Notes: generated from the sequence alone by a model not told the origin. A DNA stretch of 35,497 nt from Minisyncoccota bacterium (GCA_035628215.1 DASPKG010000054.1:1-35497); one strand, 5' to 3'. Counted from the first letter of the stretch, positions 8,411-16,717 are shown. Numbers and translations: made by a program.

Positions 8411-8542
8411 ATGAAAACCAGCTATATCGCAATGGCCGGACAGGGTGTGTCTTCGCATGCCGTCATATCGGCAGCCCAGGGCAAGTCCTCGTCCCCCGTC
8501 ATGGCCGGACAGGGCGCTTCCTCGTTCATCGCCAAGCAATAG
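8411..8542 (+). CDS. Unannotated 43-aa Ser/Gly/Ala-rich ORF with an internal repeat (candidate YcaO substrate/precursor peptide)
   Basis: My own translation: MKTSYIAMAGQGVSSHAVISAAQGKSSSPVMAGQGASSFIAKQ*. ATGGCCGGACAGGG recurs at 8432 and 8501 (69-nt period). GC3 is about 70%, like real genes here. The stop lies 62 nt before the YcaO ATG. It is below the track's size cut-off. Confidence 0.45.
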   Translation: MKTSYIAMAGQGVSSHAVISAAQGKSSSPVMAGQGASSFIAKQ

Positions 8543-8568
8543 GCCTACGGAGGCCGAACGGACACTTC

Positions 8569-8589
8569 GGGTAGGTCATAGACCTGCCC
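8569..8589 (+). terminator. Intercistronic hairpin (possible attenuator) between the small ORF and ycaO
   Basis: GGGTAGGTC-ata-GACCTGCCC forms 9 bp including one G-U, followed by GAATCCGTATATTTT. A second 5-bp hairpin GGCCT-acgg-AGGCC (8542-8555) overlaps the stop codon. Confidence 0.4.
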
Positions 8590-8604
8590 GAATCCGTATA
8601 TTTT

Positions 8605-10068
8605 ATGCAGCAACCAACCATTACCTTCTTCCCGGGAAAGGGAATCTATAGCCTACCTGCAGGCGAAGAGATTGTATCCGTCCATGCGACGGAAGAGGCC
8701 CGCGCCATATTCGCAGGCGATGCCTCCGTGCGCGGAAAAGCGAAGCAGCTCCAGCGGTTCTACGAGCAGCAGAACATAGCGATCGAGCAGAAACCGGTAT
8801 TGTCCGAAACTCGCCGATTCGATTTCGGAACGGTTGAACATTTCGGCACGCGTAGCTCCGCGCACGTATGCGCCGTAGATTGGGGAGCGGTTGAGGATGC
8901 CCTCGCACAGATGGGATATCACCTCCGCCAGCGTACTCCCATCAGCGATGAGATCGGGAGGCTCGCCCCGGTATATCTGATCGAGGGACCAGAGGGAGTC
9001 CTTGCTGAAGGCAAGGGATTGGATCAGGAGCAGGCAAAGCGCTCCACGCTTGGTGAAGCCGTAGAGCGGCTCGCAGCACGTGGTCCAAGCGAACGAGTGA
9101 GGGCTCAACGAGGTACGGATACGTACCAGAATCTTTATCGCGGCAAAGATTGGGGTCTCGGCACACTCGCCGGACCACGAGATGCATTCGATTCTCAGAT
9201 ACCGAGCGAATGGCTACCGGCGCGGAACATCTCCCGCGACGAGACAGCGTTCCTGCCTGCGGAGCTCTCCTATTTTGAATACGTGCCGGAAACCACGCGC
9301 ACCCGTCTATTCTCGCTGCATCACACCATGGGCCTTGCGGCAGGCTCGTCCCGTGAAGACGCGGCCTTGAGCGGTATCTTCGAGGTCATCGAACGTGATG
9401 CGTACTGGATCACCATGCGTTGCCGCATGAATCTTCCGGATATTCCGCTCGAAGCGGTCCGGGACCTGGACCCGAAGGTCATTGCTATCGTGCAGGCGCT
9501 CGAGAAACGTGGATTCAAGCTCAGTGTGAAGGACCTGTCCCTCGATTGGGGTGTACCTGTGGTCCATGCGGTTCTGGTTGATACGCAGGGTGGTATCCCT
9601 GCGTTCGCGCACGGAACGGGCGCTTCATTCTCCTGGGCGACCGCGGTCGCCCGAGCCGTATGCGAATCAGTGCAGATGTACGAAGGGCTCTCTGCGGTCA
9701 TGAACGACGAATGGAAGTGGGAGGACGTGGTGAGCGTTGCAGGCGTGCTCGGGAATGCGGCGTACGCCTGGTCCGACCCGCTCTTCCGGCCTCATATCGA
9801 GCATCTCCTCGCTCCCTCCGATCAACCATGGGACGGAAGCGAACCTGCATGGTCTGTGCCAGAGTTCCTCGCTGACTTAAAGCAGCGTGGTCATGAGGTC
9901 ATTGTCGCTGATCTTGGTTCAGACTATGGTCTAGAGGTTGTGCGCGTATTCATCACGAATACGACGCAGCCAGATCCGCGACTTGAGCGAATCAGCCTGC
10001 GGCTTGAAGCGTGGCGAAACCGTCTTGGGCTTGAGCGAGGCCTGTATACCGACCCGATCCTGACCTAA
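8605..10068 (+). CDS. ycaO: YcaO-domain protein (ATP-dependent amide-backbone activating enzyme), stand-alone
   Basis: KGLDQEQAKRSTLGEAVERL (S-x3-E-x2-ER) and SGIFEVIERDAYW motifs are diagnostic of the YcaO ATP/Mg site. 487 aa with about 140 aa N-terminal to the first motif. Confidence 0.9.
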   Translation: MQQPTITFFPGKGIYSLPAGEEIVSVHATEEARAIFAGDASVRGKAKQLQRFYEQQNIAIEQKPVLSETRRFDFGTVEHFGTRSSAHVCAVDWGAVEDALAQMGYHLRQRTPISDEIGRLAPVYLIEGPEGVLAEGKGLDQEQAKRSTLGEAVERLAARGPSERVRAQRGTDTYQNLYRGKDWGLGTLAGPRDAFDSQIPSEWLPARNISRDETAFLPAELSYFEYVPETTRTRLFSLHHTMGLAAGSSREDAALSGIFEVIERDAYWITMRCRMNLPDIPLEAVRDLDPKVIAIVQALEKRGFKLSVKDLSLDWGVPVVHAVLVDTQGGIPAFAHGTGASFSWATAVARAVCESVQMYEGLSAVMNDEWKWEDVVSVAGVLGNAAYAWSDPLFRPHIEHLLAPSDQPWDGSEPAWSVPEFLADLKQRGHEVIVADLGSDYGLEVVRVFITNTTQPDPRLERISLRLEAWRNRLGLERGLYTDPILT

Positions 10069-10577
10069 TTATTCAGAAGACCCTTCAGGTGTTCGAAGAT
10101 GGGCCGCAGCTCCTCCTCGGAGAGCGTGAGCCGCGGATTCGACTTCCGCGTGGTGGGTGTGAGGTCCACGTACTCGCGGCCATTGAATGTGAGCGGTGCA
10201 TCGAGCCGAGGCGTGAAATGCATGTGCCCATGCCCGCGATGGTGCTTCGTTTCGTTCCCGAGCCATTCGACGTTGAGCGTACGGAGCGGGAGCCACGAGC
10301 GCATCGCGTCCGTGAACTCCGGAATGATCGTATACACGAGCTCATGGAGCTCCTCCTTCGTGAGCTCAGCGAGGCTCATCTGGTCCACATGGCGCTTGAG
10401 CCACGCGGTTGATCGGCCGGGCAGCTCCTGCTTCGTGATGTTGAGCCGCAGCGACCAATGTTCGTATTCCTTCAGGGTCCAGGGCGCGTACACCGGGCTC
10501 CGGAGGATGTCCTCGAGCTCCTCGGGGGTCGCGCGGCGGGAGAGATCGTGCTCCATATGCCCCATTCTAGCCTTCAT
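10065..10577 (-). CDS. HIT-like (histidine triad) family protein
   Basis: LNVEWLGNETKHHRGHGHMHFTPR carries an HxHxHxx triad at the position expected for HIT proteins. The stop overlaps the ycaO stop (convergent, 4-nt overlap). Confidence 0.55.
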   Translation of the reverse strand: MKARMGHMEHDLSRRATPEELEDILRSPVYAPWTLKEYEHWSLRLNITKQELPGRSTAWLKRHVDQMSLAELTKEELHELVYTIIPEFTDAMRSWLPLRTLNVEWLGNETKHHRGHGHMHFTPRLDAPLTFNGREYVDLTPTTRKSNPRLTLSEEELRPIFEHLKGLLNN

Positions 10578-10684
10578 TGACTGTTCCGTCCTATATATGG
10601 TATGTTTTCGCTATCTGAAATGTCCGCACCCGCGGGCCTTTCTTTTTAAGGGCGACAATTGAATACACAACTAAATACCGGAGT

Positions 10685-12121
10685 ATGTTGGATCTGAAGA
10701 CGATTAACTCGGTGCTGGGAGAGTTCGAGGAGCGGGGCATTACGAAGGCGACGATGATCGACGCCATCGAGAGCGCGATGGCGACCGCCTACAAGAAGGA
10801 ATACGGCAAGCGCGGGCAGGTCATCCGCGGCAAGCTCGATATGGATACCGGCACCGTATCCTTCGAGCAGGTGAAGACGGTGGTGGACGACACCATGGTC
10901 CGCTTCCTCGAGGAGGGCGAGGAGACGAATGAGCTCCCGGCCCACCACCCCCACCATGACCGCGAGGAGGAGGTCGCCGAGGGCGAGCTCCCGCGCTTCG
11001 ACGCCGAGAAGCACATGCTCATCGAGGACGCCAAGCGTATCAAGCGCGACGTCACCTTGGGCGAGGAGCTCATCTTCCCCTTGGAGCCCCAGGACGACTT
11101 CGGCCGCATCGCGGCGCAGACCGCCAAGCAGGTCGTGATCCAGAAGATCCGCGAGGCGGAGAAGCTCTCCATCCTCGACGAGTTCGCGCACAAGAAGGGT
11201 GAGATCGTCTCGGGCATCGTGCAGCGCATCGAGCGCGGCGCGATCTTCGTCGACCTCGGCCGCGCGACCGGCATCATCCCCTACGAGGAGCAGATCCCGG
11301 GCGAGCGCTACCGCACCGGCGAGCGCATCCGCGCCTACCTCTACGCGGTGGACGAGGGCTTCCGCGGCGTATACCTCAGGCTCTCGCGCAGCCACCCACG
11401 CTTCCTCATCCGTCTCTTCGAGATGGAGGCGCCCGAGCTCGCGTCGGGCTCCATCGAGGTGAAGGGGGTCGCCCGCGAACCGGGCTCCCGCACGAAGATC
11501 GCGATCGCCTCGGTCGATCCGCACGTGGATCCGGTCGGGTCGCTTGTCGGCCAGCGCGGGGTCCGCGTCTCGACCGTCATGAGCGAACTGGGCGGCGAGC
11601 GCATCGACATCATCGAGTGGTCGGAGGACCAGGCGGCCTTCATCAAGGAATCCCTCTCCCCCGCTTCCGTGCTCACCGTCGACCTCGACGAGACGAACCA
11701 CCGTGCGAAGGTGACCGTCTCGGAAGATCAGCAGTCCCTTGCGATCGGGCGCGGCGGCCAGAACGTGCGGCTCGCGGCGAAGCTCACCGGCTGGAACATC
11801 GACATCGAGTCGACCGGCGGCCCCGTGGGCGGCGCAGGCGCCGATGAGATCTCCTTCGACAAGCAGAAGGCGCACGACTCGACCATCGCCGCGGAAGCGG
11901 AGATCGAGGCCGAGGAGGCCGGCGTCGAGGACAGCCCGTCTATCGAAGCGGGCATCGCCCCGAACGAGAACGAGTCCGTCATCACCTCCGAGGAAGATGC
12001 ATCGGACGATACCGGCGCACTCACGGTGGAGGATGAAACGAAGCTCGGCGACGACGGCACTCCCGTGAATCCCGATGATCGGGACGTCACGAGCGAGAGC
12101 CAGAGCGCGAATCAGGCATAA
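10685..12121 (+). CDS. nusA: Transcription termination/antitermination factor NusA with an acidic C-terminal tail
   Basis: NusA N-terminal domain, S1 and two KH regions (GEIVSGIVQRIERGAIFVDLG; IGRGGQNVRLAAKLTGWNIDI). TAAATA box 7 nt before the ATG. Confidence 0.92.
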   Translation: MLDLKTINSVLGEFEERGITKATMIDAIESAMATAYKKEYGKRGQVIRGKLDMDTGTVSFEQVKTVVDDTMVRFLEEGEETNELPAHHPHHDREEEVAEGELPRFDAEKHMLIEDAKRIKRDVTLGEELIFPLEPQDDFGRIAAQTAKQVVIQKIREAEKLSILDEFAHKKGEIVSGIVQRIERGAIFVDLGRATGIIPYEEQIPGERYRTGERIRAYLYAVDEGFRGVYLRLSRSHPRFLIRLFEMEAPELASGSIEVKGVAREPGSRTKIAIASVDPHVDPVGSLVGQRGVRVSTVMSELGGERIDIIEWSEDQAAFIKESLSPASVLTVDLDETNHRAKVTVSEDQQSLAIGRGGQNVRLAAKLTGWNIDIESTGGPVGGAGADEISFDKQKAHDSTIAAEAEIEAEEAGVEDSPSIEAGIAPNENESVITSEEDASDDTGALTVEDETKLGDDGTPVNPDDRDVTSESQSANQA

Positions 12122-12129
12122 TTACCTCT

Positions 12130-12654
12130 ATGAACCTTCTTCACGACATCCCCGCAGGCTCGAAGGACGAGATGAACGTCATTATCGAAGTCTCCAAGGG
12201 TTCCCAAAACAAGTACGAGATCGACAAGGAAACCGGGCTCATCAAGCTCGACCGCGCCAACTACTCGGCCGCGGCCTTCCCCGCCGAATACGGCTTCGTG
12301 CCGCAGACCCTGTGGGACGACGGTGACGCGCTCGACGTGGTCGTACTCACCACCTTCCCCATCCCGACCGGCGTTCTAGTTAAGGTCCGTCCCGTCGCGC
12401 TCATGGAGATGATCGACACCGGCGAGAACGATTACAAAGTCATCGCCGTACCGGTGAAGGATAAGCGCTGGGAGGACGTGCGCGATCTCCCGGATCTCAA
12501 TAAGCACACACTCAAGGAGATCCAGCATTTCTTCGAGACCTACAAGCAGTTGAAGGGTGAGGAGGCCGTGGTCACGATCAACGGCTTCAAGGGCAAGGCC
12601 GACGCCGAAGCAGCGTTCGAGCATGCCCGCAAACTGTACGAGGAAAAGAAGTAA
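12130..12654 (+). CDS. ppa: Inorganic pyrophosphatase
   Basis: YEIDKETGLIKLDR...YGFVPQTLWDDGDALDVVVL signature. CATAAT box 7 nt before the ATG. Confidence 0.93.
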   Translation: MNLLHDIPAGSKDEMNVIIEVSKGSQNKYEIDKETGLIKLDRANYSAAAFPAEYGFVPQTLWDDGDALDVVVLTTFPIPTGVLVKVRPVALMEMIDTGENDYKVIAVPVKDKRWEDVRDLPDLNKHTLKEIQHFFETYKQLKGEEAVVTINGFKGKADAEAAFEHARKLYEEKK

Positions 12655-12661
12655 TCCTCCG

Positions 12662-12702
12662 GAAAAGAAAGAGCCCGCGCGCAGCGCGGGCTCTTTCTTT
12701 TC
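12662..12702 (+). terminator. Intrinsic terminator after ppa
   Basis: Perfect 19-bp stem GAAAAGAAAGAGCCCGCGC-gca-GCGCGGGCTCTTTCTTTTC with a T-rich 3' arm. Confidence 0.8.
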
Positions 12703-12742
12703 CCCGTTCGCCTAAAGCGTTGCCGCTCGCTATACTCCGTAC

Positions 12743-13054
12743 ATGGAACCATCAGGAGGACCGATACCGCTTGCGCCGAAGGAACCCGTACTGCCGCAGC
12801 CCATCGTACCGGTCGCGGAACCGAGGCCCGTGATACCGCCTCCGCCGCCACCGCGACCTCTTCCACCGCCCATCCCTCCACCCCCGATTCCTCCACCGGT
12901 TGTGAAACCCGCACCGGCAACCCCGAAGGCCAAGGGCGGCTGGGGCGCCATCATCGCGATCTTCCTCATCGTGGCCCTCATCATCACCGCCGCGTTCTAC
13001 AGCTGGGGCGAACGGCTCGCGACCGAGCAATCGCTCGAGGAAATCGCGAAATAG
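12743..13054 (+). CDS. Proline-rich, C-terminally membrane-anchored small protein
   Basis: PPPPPPRPLPPPIPPPPIPPP tract followed by a TM helix WGAIIAIFLIVALIITAAFY. TATACT box 6 nt before the ATG, and a terminator follows. Confidence 0.55.
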   Translation: MEPSGGPIPLAPKEPVLPQPIVPVAEPRPVIPPPPPPRPLPPPIPPPPIPPPVVKPAPATPKAKGGWGAIIAIFLIVALIITAAFYSWGERLATEQSLEEIAK

Positions 13055-13081
13055 CCGCGGCGTGCGCCGCGGCTACGTTTT
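13052..13081 (+). terminator. Intrinsic terminator
   Basis: TAGCCGCGGC-gtgc-GCCGCGGCTA followed by CGTTTTT. Confidence 0.7.
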
Positions 13082-13099
13082 TGGTACCATGCGCACACT

Positions 13100-13699
13100 A
13101 TGAACAACGCACCCCGCGCATCCATGCTCGTCCCGATGGTCGTCGAGAAATCGCCCTTTGGCGAGCGCGCCTACGACATCTATTCGCGCCTCCTCAAGGA
13201 GCGCATCGTGTTCCTCGGTGGCGGCATCGATGACGATATCGCGAACCTCATCATCGCACAGCTCCTCTTCCTCGAATCGGAAGATCCGAAGAAGGACATC
13301 TCGCTCTACATCAACTCGCCGGGCGGCTCGGTGACTGCGGGTCTCGCGATCCTCGACACTATGAATCATGTGAAGCCTAACGTCTCCACCGTCTGCGTGG
13401 GCATGGCGGCATCCGCCGCGGCAGTCATCCTCTCCGCCGGCGAGAAGGGCAAGCGCTACGCGCTCCCGAACGCCGAGGTCATGATCCACCAGCCCTGGGG
13501 CGGTGCGCAGGGGCAGGCGACCGATATCGAGATCACCGCCAAGCACATCATCGCGACCCGCGAGCGCCTCAATAAGATCCTCGCGAAGAATACCGGGCAG
13601 CCGGTCGAGAAGATCGAGAAGGACGTCGATCGCGACTACTTTATGATGGCGGACGAGGCGAAGAAGTACGGGATCATCGATAGCGTGTATAAGAAATAG
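13100..13699 (+). CDS. clpP: ATP-dependent Clp protease proteolytic subunit
   Basis: [20 protein letters not shown]...[14 protein letters not shown]...MIHQP ClpP signatures. Confidence 0.93.
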   Translation: MNNAPRASMLVPMVVEKSPFGERAYDIYSRLLKERIVFLGGGIDDDIANLIIAQLLFLESEDPKKDISLYINSPGGSVTAGLAILDTMNHVKPNVSTVCVGMAASAAAVILSAGEKGKRYALPNAEVMIHQPWGGAQGQATDIEITAKHIIATRERLNKILAKNTGQPVEKIEKDVDRDYFMMADEAKKYGIIDSVYKK

Positions 13700-13708
13700 A
13701 TGAGTGAA

Positions 13709-13748
13709 CCACAACAGCCCGCGGAATTCCGCGGGCTGTTGTGGTTTC
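13709..13748 (+). terminator. Intrinsic terminator after clpP
   Basis: 16-bp perfect stem CCACAACAGCCCGCGG-aatt-CCGCGGGCTGTTGTGG followed by TTTC. Confidence 0.8.
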
Positions 13749-13876
13749 TAGGATGGGCCGAGGAGCCATGATACCCTGCCCGTGTCAGTTGCGACCGAAC
13801 GATTATCCGACCGCATTCCGGCTGACCCTTAACTTGCTCTCATCCGTTTCACCGAAGGGTGATTCGGCACACTGGT

Positions 13877-15406
13877 ATGTCCATCAAATTGATATTGGCC
13901 CTGCTTGCCCTGTCGGGGCTCGCGGGCATCGCGCTCGGGTACGTGCTGCGTCTCCTGATCGCGCTCGGGCAGCGCGGCTCGCTCGAGCTCGAGGTGAAAC
14001 AGAAGCTGCTCGAGGCGAAGGAACGTGCGAACCGCATCATCACCGAAGCTGAAGCGCGTGCGGAAAAACTCGAGGCTGAGATCGCGCTTCCGTTGAAGAC
14101 GCGCGAGGACGCGATCGCAAAGTCCGCGGAACGGCTCGCCAAGCGCGAGGAATTCCTCGACGAACGCGAGCGCACGCTCGCGAGCGAAGCAGAAGACGTG
14201 CGCAATCGCGAGAACGAAGCCGCGAACTTGAAGCGCGAAGCGGAGAAGCTTCTCAAGGAGCGCCGCCTCGAGCTCGTGCGCATGGGCCGCCTCTCGGAAG
14301 CAGAGGCGCGTACCCTCCTCATGAAGGACCTCGAAGAGACCGAGACCGAGACGCTGCTCGCGCGTCTCCAGAAGCTCGAAGCGCACGGCAGGAAGCAGCT
14401 CGAGGAGAAGGCTCGCGCGATACTCCTTGCGACCATCCACCGCCTCGGCTCCTCGGTGAACGCGGACATCATGACGCTTTCCGTCACGCTGCCGTCTGAG
14501 GAGGCCAAGGGAAAGATCATCGGCAAGGAGGGCCGGAACATCAAGACCTTCGAGCGCGCCACCGGTGTGGACGTCATCATCGATGATGCCCCCGATAAGA
14601 TCTCCCTCTCCTCCTTCGATCCGCTCCGCCGCCATATCGCTAAGCTCGCGCTTGAGAACCTCCTTGAGGACGGCCGCATCCAGCCGGCGAAGATAGAAGA
14701 GACCGTCGAGAAGGCCAAGAAGCAGGTGCAGGACATGGTGAAGCAGAAGGGCGAGGAGGCCGCGTACGAGGTCGGGGTCGTGGGGCTCGACCCGAGGCTC
14801 GTCGCGCTCTTGGGTCGGCTCCATTTCCGCACGAGCTACGGCCAGAACGTACTCCAGCACTCCATCGAAATGGCGCATATCGCCGGTATGCTCGCGACCG
14901 AGCTTGGGGCGGACGTGGACGTCGCGCGCGCCGGCGCACTCCTGCATGACATCGGCAAGGCCGTGGACCACGAGGTGCAGGGTACGCACGTGGAGATCGG
15001 CCGCCGCATCCTCGAGAAGTTCGGGGTGGCGAAAGAAGTCATCCAGGCGATGCAGTCGCACCACGAGGAATATCCGTATGAAACGCCGGAGTCGGTCATC
15101 GTGCAGGTCGCGGACGCGGTCTCTGCGGGTCGTCCGGGCGCCCGCCGGGACACGGTCGAGCGGTATCTCGAGCGCCTCGGGGACCTCGAGCGCATCGCCA
15201 AAGGCTTCGAGGGCGTCGAGAAGGTGTACGCCATCTCTGCGGGCCGCGAGATCCGCATCTTCGTGAACCCGGGCAAGGTCTCGGACCTCGAGATGCACCG
15301 CTTGGCGCGCCAGATCGCGGAGCGCGTGCAGGCGGAGCTCAAGTATCCGGGTGAAATCAAGGTGAACGTCATCCGGGAGAACCGGGTGGTGGAGTTTGCG
15401 CGCTAA
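13877..15406 (+). CDS. rny: Ribonuclease Y
   Basis: N-terminal TM, coiled coil, KH domain (GKIIGKEGRNIKTFERATGVDVIIDD) and HD domain (LLHDIGKA). Start set at ATG 13877 (MSIKLILALL); the track ORF starts at GTG 13859. Confidence 0.92.
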   Translation: MSIKLILALLALSGLAGIALGYVLRLLIALGQRGSLELEVKQKLLEAKERANRIITEAEARAEKLEAEIALPLKTREDAIAKSAERLAKREEFLDERERTLASEAEDVRNRENEAANLKREAEKLLKERRLELVRMGRLSEAEARTLLMKDLEETETETLLARLQKLEAHGRKQLEEKARAILLATIHRLGSSVNADIMTLSVTLPSEEAKGKIIGKEGRNIKTFERATGVDVIIDDAPDKISLSSFDPLRRHIAKLALENLLEDGRIQPAKIEETVEKAKKQVQDMVKQKGEEAAYEVGVVGLDPRLVALLGRLHFRTSYGQNVLQHSIEMAHIAGMLATELGADVDVARAGALLHDIGKAVDHEVQGTHVEIGRRILEKFGVAKEVIQAMQSHHEEYPYETPESVIVQVADAVSAGRPGARRDTVERYLERLGDLERIAKGFEGVEKVYAISAGREIRIFVNPGKVSDLEMHRLARQIAERVQAELKYPGEIKVNVIRENRVVEFAR

Positions 15407-15433
15407 TGGCTGCATTGACACCACTGCTGAAAA

Positions 15434-15455
15434 GTCGCCCGCTGGGCGATTTTTC
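15434..15455 (+). terminator. Probable terminator after rny
   Basis: GTCGCCC-gct-GGGCGAT stem followed by TTTT. Confidence 0.55.
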
Positions 15456-15582
15456 ACTATCCACGGCCAAATTCCTCAGCTATTGCGTAAAATGGCTCAT
15501 TTCCTATACTTTGCGCGTAGCCCTCTCGGTAGGGCTTACCTAAGCCCTACAAGGGATTACCCCTAATTACGCGACAAACACC

Positions 15583-15855
15583 ATGAACAAAGCAGATATC
15601 GCAGCAAAGGTGCAGGAGACTCTCGGCAGCACCAAGGCGGACGCAGAGCGCGCCGTTGAGACCATCATCGAGGCAATCTCGAGCGGCCTCAAGTCCGGTG
15701 ACGAAGTCTCGATCGCCGGCCTCGGCATCTTCAGCGCCAAGGCCAGGCCCGCTCGCACCGGCCGCAACCCGCGCACCGGCGAGACCATCAAGATCGCTGC
15801 GACCCGCACCCCGAAGTTCCGCGCTGCAAAGGCGCTCAAGGACGCGGTTAAGTAA
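15583..15855 (+). CDS. hup: DNA-binding protein HU
   Basis: 90 aa with the canonical HU sequence (GLGIFSAKARPARTGRNPRTGETIKIAA). Confidence 0.93.
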   Translation: MNKADIAAKVQETLGSTKADAERAVETIIEAISSGLKSGDEVSIAGLGIFSAKARPARTGRNPRTGETIKIAATRTPKFRAAKALKDAVK

Positions 15856-15877
15856 ATCGCTCGGTTCTAGAGCAAGG

Positions 15878-15901
15878 AGCCCCGGGAAACCGGGGCTTTT
15901 G
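15878..15901. terminator. Hairpin between convergent hup and the TrmB-like gene
   Basis: AGCCCCGG-gaaa-CCGGGGCT followed by TTTT. Confidence 0.65.
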
Positions 15902-15902
15902 C

Positions 15903-16661
15903 TTACACTAGGTCCCAAAGATTGCGGAACACTTCGCGCTGGTCATGCGCAAGGAGCCTCGAATGGATCTCGACCATGTAATGCGGGTGTTGCCGGGTGT
16001 TGATCATAATGACGTAGTCGCCGCATATCCAGGTGCTCGAGATAAAATTCGTCGCTTCTCCCCAATATTTCATATCCCGTCGCTCATACTTCCCCATCAT
16101 GCGGCGCTCCGCCGAGGAAAGGTTCGTGAGGAGCTTCACATAGAGCTCAGGCGGCGCGATGCTCCACCAATAGTGGAGTTGATCCTCATAGGCCTCAACA
16201 AGAGTTGCGTCCTGGTACCCCCAGAAGCCGTACTCTTTGGTTTCAATCATGGATTCCATCCATATCGGGAAGACCTGCGGAAAGTAGGCTTCGAGTTTTG
16301 ATTCTTCAGTGAATTTGATGCGGGGCACCGGATAGGTCGTCTCCGCGTTAACCATGGAAACTTCCTCCGCGAGCTTCTTCAGGAGTTGCTGGCGCTCTTC
16401 AGAGCGCTTCCGTTCCGTCTCCACCGCAAGCGCGAGATCCTCGGTCGCCGCAGGACGAAATACGCGTGGGCGGCGGCTGGAGTCCTCTATCAGAAGTCCT
16501 TTCTCGATGAGGCTCCGGGCGATACTGTATGCGGTCGTGCGCTTAATGCCGGTCGCCTTCGCAAGGCGCGCCGGATCCAGCTCGCGGGCTCTCAACACTG
16601 CCTTGTAGACCTTGGCTTCCCGCGTATTGAGGCCAAGCGAAATGAGGAGCTGTTCGTCCAT
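15903..16661 (-). CDS. TrmB-family transcriptional regulator
   Basis: LGLNTREAKVYKAVLRARELDPARLAKATGIKRTTAYSIARSLIEKGLL is a TrmB-type wHTH, plus a C-terminal domain. Confidence 0.8.
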   Translation of the reverse strand: MDEQLLISLGLNTREAKVYKAVLRARELDPARLAKATGIKRTTAYSIARSLIEKGLLIEDSSRRPRVFRPAATEDLALAVETERKRSEERQQLLKKLAEEVSMVNAETTYPVPRIKFTEESKLEAYFPQVFPIWMESMIETKEYGFWGYQDATLVEAYEDQLHYWWSIAPPELYVKLLTNLSSAERRMMGKYERRDMKYWGEATNFISSTWICGDYVIMINTRQHPHYMVEIHSRLLAHDQREVFRNLWDLV

Positions 16662-16678
16662 ATGCTAAGGCTAACTGT

Positions 16679-16717
16679 TGTCGAATATTTGTCAACATTT
16701 GTTCGACATATGTTGAC
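16679..16717. promoter_or_regulatory. Interleaved inverted repeats (TGTCGAA...TTCGACA and TTGTCAACAT...ATGTTGAC), a candidate operator
   Basis: Read directly: TGTCGAA 16679-85 with TTCGACA 16702-08, and TTGTCAACAT 16689-98 with ATGTTGAC 16710-17. The site lies between the divergent TrmB-like gene and the beta-barrel gene. TTGAC/TTGACA -35-like hexamers follow. Confidence 0.4.

Noticed and set aside
8282-8539. 85-aa minus-strand ORF in the TrmB/YcaO spacer
   Set aside because: It is antisense to the better-supported 43-aa ORF, starts inside AT-rich promoter DNA, and has an implausible Cys/His/Gly-rich sequence.
8432-8542. A 69-nt direct repeat and, elsewhere, a 21-bp tandem repeat (21281-21322) as CRISPR-like or VNTR arrays
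   Set aside because: Each has only two units, both in frame inside coding sequences, with no spacer structure and no cas genes.
10646-11875. 409-aa ORF antisense to nusA
   Set aside because: It is Arg/Leu/Asp/Gly-rich with no motifs and lies fully antisense to a well-supported nusA frame. This is a typical high-GC shadow ORF.
13829-15457. 542-aa and 327-aa ORFs antisense to rny
   Set aside because: They are shadow frames of RNase Y, which is clearly supported by its KH and HD motifs. Their composition is Arg/Leu-dominated.
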